Assembly (NCBI GenBank): GCA_965223905.1 | Contig: CBDCXV010000011.1 | Location: 544,001 to 608,000, forward strand | Direction of reading: 5' to 3' | Source: Candidatus Latescibacterota bacterium | GTDB taxonomy: Bacteria > Latescibacterota > UBA2968 > UBA8231 | DNA: 64,000 nucleotides | Shown: positions 59,682 through 64,000 of the stretch, piece after piece | Position numbering within the stretch: the stretch's first letter is position 1 | How the letters are laid out: each line of letters starts with the position of its first letter | Notes under the pieces: generated by a model | The model's database searches: none | Told to the model about the DNA's origin: nothing | The model's input: only the letters and a program-made list of their open reading frames with translations | Translations under genes and position numbers: made by a program

Positions 59682-62600
59682 TCAGCGCCCCCGGATGACG
59701 GCGAGCTTTCGCAGCTGCGTTGCACCCTGGTGAGCGACGCGCACCAGGTACAGGCCGGCATCGACCGGTCTCCCTGCCGCGTTGCGGCCGTCCCAGCGAA
59801 CCCCCCCGTCCCCGTCCTCCTCCGACTGCGTCCAGACCACCTCTCCGGAAATCGTCGCCACCATGACCTCGGATGCGACCGGCAGGCCGGCAACGGTGAC
59901 TTCGCCGAGGGCCGGGTCGAACGGGTTGGGAAACACCGATACCCCGGCGAGAGAGGCGGCGGACAGCAGGACGAAAACCGCGCCCTCGATGGCGCGCCCG
60001 GTGCCGTCGGCGAGGTCGACTACGGCGACCTCGTAGCTGCGTCCCGCGGCCCGCAGGGGCGTCTCTTCCGAAAGGACGAGAACGATTCGGCCGTCATCGA
60101 GGATCAGATCCTCGATGCGAACGCGGCCCCCGTCGACGGCGAAGTGGCGGCCGGCGAACCCGGACCCCCCTGCCGCTTCCTCCGCGTTCAACGCGACCGG
60201 CTCGCTGAAGTGCAGGACGAGGCGTGTCGGGGTTTCGGGGTCGGCGCGCACCAGGCGTATCGCCGCGGCCGCCGGGGACAGCTCGAAAAGGAACCGTTCC
60301 GACTCGAGGGGGGTCCCCCTGCTGTTGCGCAGGCCCCGGGTCGCCAGCGCCAACTCCCCCGCGGACGGCAGAGCGGAAAAGGTGAGCAGAACCCGCGTGG
60401 CGCCGGCGTGCACGGCCGCGGAGCCGGGGATGCCGAGGCCCTCGATCCTGTAGCGGAAATGCTCGCCGATCTCCCTGCCCATTTCCGAGTCGAACCACAC
60501 CGACAGCTGGTTTTCCGAGGCGCGCAGGACCGCTTCGATCCGCGGGTTCGGCTCCGGGGTAACGGTGACTTCCCGCGACCGGTGGCCCGCTTCCCCCGAG
60601 AGCGAATCCAGGGCGGCAACCGCGTACCTGTAGGCATTTCCGGCTGAGACGTCCCCGTCTTCATGGCGGGTGTCCCGGAGCGACTCCACCAGAACCTGCA
60701 GGTCCGGCTCATCGCCGTCGGCACGAAACAGGCGGTAACCGCCCGCCGCTGGCACCGCTGTCCACGAGAGCAGGACCGACCGCTCGCCACCGGCATGAGC
60801 CGAGAAGCTCGCCGGCGCATCGAGGCGGGGGGACCGGTTGTCGCCCGAAGGCAGCGAATGCACCTCCAGGGCCTCCCCGGAGTTGGCTACGAGATCGACG
60901 ACCCCGTCGGCGTCGACGTCGGCGACCAGAGGCCGGTACACCCTGGCGACCTCCATGTGCCAGACAGGCTCCATGGCGCCGGAGGGATCCGCTCTCAGCA
61001 CATACAGGTTGGGCACCAGGGCCAGGACGATTTCCGGAACTCCGTCGCCGTCGAAATCCCCGGAGCTGATGCCGTTGCCGGCGCTCGCCCCGGCGACGAC
61101 CTCGGCGCTCCAGCGCGGTTCGTAGCGGTTGTCCCCTGAGGCTTCGTAAACCGCCGCCTTCCATCTCGTCTCCCCCGGGTCGAACAGGTCGGCGGCCAGG
61201 CTGGCGACGGCGAATTCGAGGCGCCCGTCGGCGTCGGTGTCGAACGGCCCTCCCACCACGCGGCTGTCTCCCGATTCCAGGCGCTCGTGCCAGGTGTGGC
61301 GCCAGGTGTCGTCGCCGATGCTCTCGTAGATGAACAGATCCCCGTCCTCGTCCCCGGCGAGCAGCTCGAGGCTGCCGTCGCCGTCGAGGTCCGCGGCGAC
61401 CTGGCGGTCCCCGAGGCCGTCCAGACCCTCCGATGGGTTTGCGAGGGCTCCGGTCTCCGCGAAGGAATCGTCGCCGCGGCTCTCGAAAACGCGGAACTGC
61501 TCGGAGCGGCTGGAGCGCAGGAACATCTCCATGCGCCCGTCCCCGTCCCCGTCAGCCACCTCTCCTCCCCAGACCTGGGTGACCTCGAAGGCCACCTCGG
61601 TCGGAAAGGCGCCGGGCTTCGCGGATTCCAGCAGGCGCACCCGCTCGGCATCGACCGCCATGATCTCCACCCTGTCGTCGCCGTCGAGATCGTGGGCGTT
61701 CCACGGGATGAACGGCCTCGAGGAGAGGTGAACGGCCCTCGAACCGGAGGGCAGCTCGAAGAAGGCGGTCGGATTGTACCCGGCTCCTCCGTAGCCCATC
61801 GCCACGATCTCCGGGATTCCGTCGGCGTCGAAATCGGTCGGCCGCGACAGCAGGTACCCGTCCGGGAGTGTGCCCGATTGCCTCAGCGTCCAGCGGCGGA
61901 TGCCGGTGCCGCCGATGTCGATGTCCAACCTCCCGGCGCTTTCCCAGGCGTCGGCTTCCGGCACCACGACAGCCCTGTACTCTCCGTGCAGGAGATCTTT
62001 CGGCAGGGACACCGAGTGCTCGAGTCGATCGCCGCCAAGGGGAATCTGCAGTACCGTGTCCCCCGATGCGGGCTCGAGAAGAATCACCGTCCCGGCCGCA
62101 GGCGCGCTCGTTTCCCAGCGCAGGATGTCCGTCCACCCCGGTCCGTTCAGGACGCGTTCCAGGCGCAGATCCGACACCGCTGCCGCGTCCTGCCGGAGAT
62201 CGAGCAGAAGCCGCTGCGAATGCCTGTTCCCCCCCGCGACCGCCAGCAGCCGCAGCAGGTATGGGCCAGGGGCGAGTCCCGCTGTAGGCCAGCTGACCTC
62301 GAATCGGTTCTCGCCGGCGCGGGTTCTGCCGCTGTGCAGGAGCTCGGTGGACTCGGGAAACGGGCCCCGGCCCCAGCTGAGGTCGTACTCCACCCCTTCG
62401 CCCCAGACGCGGCCGCGAACCGTAACCTCCCCGGCCCGGACTGCGCCCGAAGCCGGCTCGGTGATGGCGACCGCGGCCGGCTCGCCGATACGGGCTGCCG
62501 CCATCTGGACGAGGCCCGAACCCGACCAGCGGTCCCACCCCGGGGCGGCGATATCTGCAGCGCTGTTCGCCAGGGCGCCGCGCACCTGCACCGCGGTGAG

Positions 62601-63818
62601 CTGCGGCTGGCGCGACCAGGCAACCGCAGCGACCCCTGAGACATGCGCAGCCGCCATCGATGTGCCGGAGCGCTCTGCGTACCCCCCGCCGGGCACCGGT
62701 CCGTGGACGGCGAGCCCGGGGGCGGCGATGTCGACGCTGTATCCCCAGTTGGAGAAAGCGAGCGGCTGACCCTCGTCGTCCGCGGCGGCCACGGCCACGA
62801 CCTCCTCCATACGCGCCGGGTAGAAGACCTCGTCGTTCCCCTCGTTTCCGACCGCGGCCACGACGAGGCAGCCCGCGGAGCGGGCGTAGCGGACGACATC
62901 CCCGATGACGGGGGAGAAAACCGGATCGCCGAAGCTCATGTTGAGTATGTCGGCGCCCTGGTCGACGGCGTACACCGCGGCCGCGGCGATGTCGTCATCC
63001 TCGAGATAACCGGAGCCGGAAACCGTGAAGCCGGCGCGCAGGACCATCACCCTCACCCCCGGTGCGACCCCGGCGACGCCGATGCCGTTGCCCGCCGCGG
63101 CGGCGACGATACCGGCCACGTGCGTGCCGTGCCCGGACTCGTCATCCGGGTCGGGGTCACGGATGCGGAAATCCCCTTCGCCGGGCAGCCCGGGTGCGTC
63201 GGTGAAATCCCAGCCTGTCACGTCGTCGACGTAGCCGTTGCCGTCGTCGTCGACCCCGGCGAGCCCGTCCGCCTCTACCGGGTTGAGCCACAGCTGGGAG
63301 GCGAGGTCGGGATGCTCGCCGTCGATGCCGGAATCGATGATGGCGACGACTACCTCCCCACCCGTTGCAAGCGACTCGTCCCAGCCGATGGCTTCGAGGT
63401 TCCCCTGCTCGGCAAAAAGCGGATCGTTCGGGGGGGAGGCGAAGGAGCGGAGATAGTTGGGGTGGGCTCGCGCCACGACCGCGCGGCCTCGAAGGTCCCG
63501 GGCAACCGCGGCGGGATCGATATCGGCGCTGTATCGCAACAGGCTCCAGGCGGCCATTCCCGAGGCGCCGGCGCGGGCCTTGGCCGCGGCCAGCGGCCGT
63601 GCGGAAACCACGGGGGTCTCCTCGACCCAGCCGTATTCCGGAGGCAACTGGTCGAGCAGCGGCGGCGATCCTGCGGTGATCTTTGCCGCGGTCCCCTGCG
63701 ACCACTGGACCAGGACCTCGCCGGGGGCATACGGGATTTTCTCCGCTGCCGCGGGTCCGGAAACGACAAGCGCCGCGGCCCAGGCGATCGCCGCGGCGGC
63801 GCAGGAAGCCGGGCTCAG
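59682..63818 (-). CDS. Secreted S8 subtilase with FG-GAP repeats, FN3/Ig domains and C-terminal FlgD-Ig/T9SS-like domain
   Basis: IIDSG; HGTHVAG; SGTSMA; DLDGD repeats; [21 protein letters not shown]; frame stays open upstream of 63647 through a signal peptide; CTG start inferred. Confidence 0.88.
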   Translation of the reverse strand: MSPASCAAAAIAWAAALVVSGPAAAEKIPYAPGEVLVQWSQGTAAKITAGSPPLLDQLPPEYGWVEETPVVSARPLAAAKARAGASGMAAWSLLRYSADIDPAAVARDLRGRAVVARAHPNYLRSFASPPNDPLFAEQGNLEAIGWDESLATGGEVVVAIIDSGIDGEHPDLASQLWLNPVEADGLAGVDDDGNGYVDDVTGWDFTDAPGLPGEGDFRIRDPDPDDESGHGTHVAGIVAAAAGNGIGVAGVAPGVRVMVLRAGFTVSGSGYLEDDDIAAAAVYAVDQGADILNMSFGDPVFSPVIGDVVRYARSAGCLVVAAVGNEGNDEVFYPARMEEVVAVAAADDEGQPLAFSNWGYSVDIAAPGLAVHGPVPGGGYAERSGTSMAAAHVSGVAAVAWSRQPQLTAVQVRGALANSAADIAAPGWDRWSGSGLVQMAAARIGEPAAVAITEPASGAVRAGEVTVRGRVWGEGVEYDLSWGRGPFPESTELLHSGRTRAGENRFEVSWPTAGLAPGPYLLRLLAVAGGNRHSQRLLLDLRQDAAAVSDLRLERVLNGPGWTDILRWETSAPAAGTVILLEPASGDTVLQIPLGGDRLEHSVSLPKDLLHGEYRAVVVPEADAWESAGRLDIDIGGTGIRRWTLRQSGTLPDGYLLSRPTDFDADGIPEIVAMGYGGAGYNPTAFFELPSGSRAVHLSSRPFIPWNAHDLDGDDRVEIMAVDAERVRLLESAKPGAFPTEVAFEVTQVWGGEVADGDGDGRMEMFLRSSRSEQFRVFESRGDDSFAETGALANPSEGLDGLGDRQVAADLDGDGSLELLAGDEDGDLFIYESIGDDTWRHTWHERLESGDSRVVGGPFDTDADGRLEFAVASLAADLFDPGETRWKAAVYEASGDNRYEPRWSAEVVAGASAGNGISSGDFDGDGVPEIVLALVPNLYVLRADPSGAMEPVWHMEVARVYRPLVADVDADGVVDLVANSGEALEVHSLPSGDNRSPRLDAPASFSAHAGGERSVLLSWTAVPAAGGYRLFRADGDEPDLQVLVESLRDTRHEDGDVSAGNAYRYAVAALDSLSGEAGHRSREVTVTPEPNPRIEAVLRASENQLSVWFDSEMGREIGEHFRYRIEGLGIPGSAAVHAGATRVLLTFSALPSAGELALATRGLRNSRGTPLESERFLFELSPAAAAIRLVRADPETPTRLVLHFSEPVALNAEEAAGGSGFAGRHFAVDGGRVRIEDLILDDGRIVLVLSEETPLRAAGRSYEVAVVDLADGTGRAIEGAVFVLLSAASLAGVSVFPNPFDPALGEVTVAGLPVASEVMVATISGEVVWTQSEEDGDGGVRWDGRNAAGRPVDAGLYLVRVAHQGATQLRKLAVIRGR

Positions 63819-64000
63819 TCCGCGATCAGGGATAGGAACTCGGACCTCGTCTGCCCGTTTTCCCGGAAGCTTCCCAGCATGCGCGAAGTCACCATCTCTG
63901 AGTTCTGCTTCTCCACCCCGCGCATCATCATGCAGAGGTGACGCGCCTGGATGACTACCCCCACCCCGAGGGGATCGAGCAGATCCATCAGCGAGTCGGC
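63815..64000 (-). CDS. folE: GTP cyclohydrolase I, 3' end (partial)
   Basis: Hand translation: [50 protein letters not shown]. Confidence 0.92.
   Translation of the reverse strand, partial: ADSLMDLLDPLGVGVVIQARHLCMMMRGVEKQNSEMVTSRMLGSFRENGQTRSEFLSLIAD

Overview
High-GC bacterial chromosome segment. Its gene content resembles FCB-group (Latescibacterota/Gemmatimonadota-like), probably host-associated bacteria; this is an inference from FG-GAP/ASPIC, FlgD-Ig/'PNPF', WGxIK-tail, Sel1, TPR and FGE proteins. About 55 CDSs: TPR-PPIase-ASPIC cluster (1-4.3 kb); a heavily eroded zone of gene stubs, internally collapsed genes and an IS91-like transposase fused to an aminoacylase tail (4.3-10.7 kb); an AT-richer CBM9-like/TolB pair; a catabolic operon (FGGY kinase, SSS symporter, enolase-superfamily enzyme, TonB receptor, GHMP kinase, CoA-transferase); rnb, panB, a DadA-like dehydrogenase and an esterase; an FGE/Sel1/FRG/HicAB islet (29-33.4 kb); a sugar ABC system with a DegT aminotransferase and a PabB-PabC fusion; an acyl-CoA ligase; SGNH plus YfhO-like membrane protein divergent from an epimerase-HddA-GmhA-transaldolase heptose cassette; groES-groEL behind an apparent sigma54/IHF/enhancer promoter; a large S8 protease; and the 3' end of folE. 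No rRNA, tRNA or CRISPR array was seen. Several single-base frameshifts look like sequencing errors. All calls come from reading motifs by eye, with no database searches.
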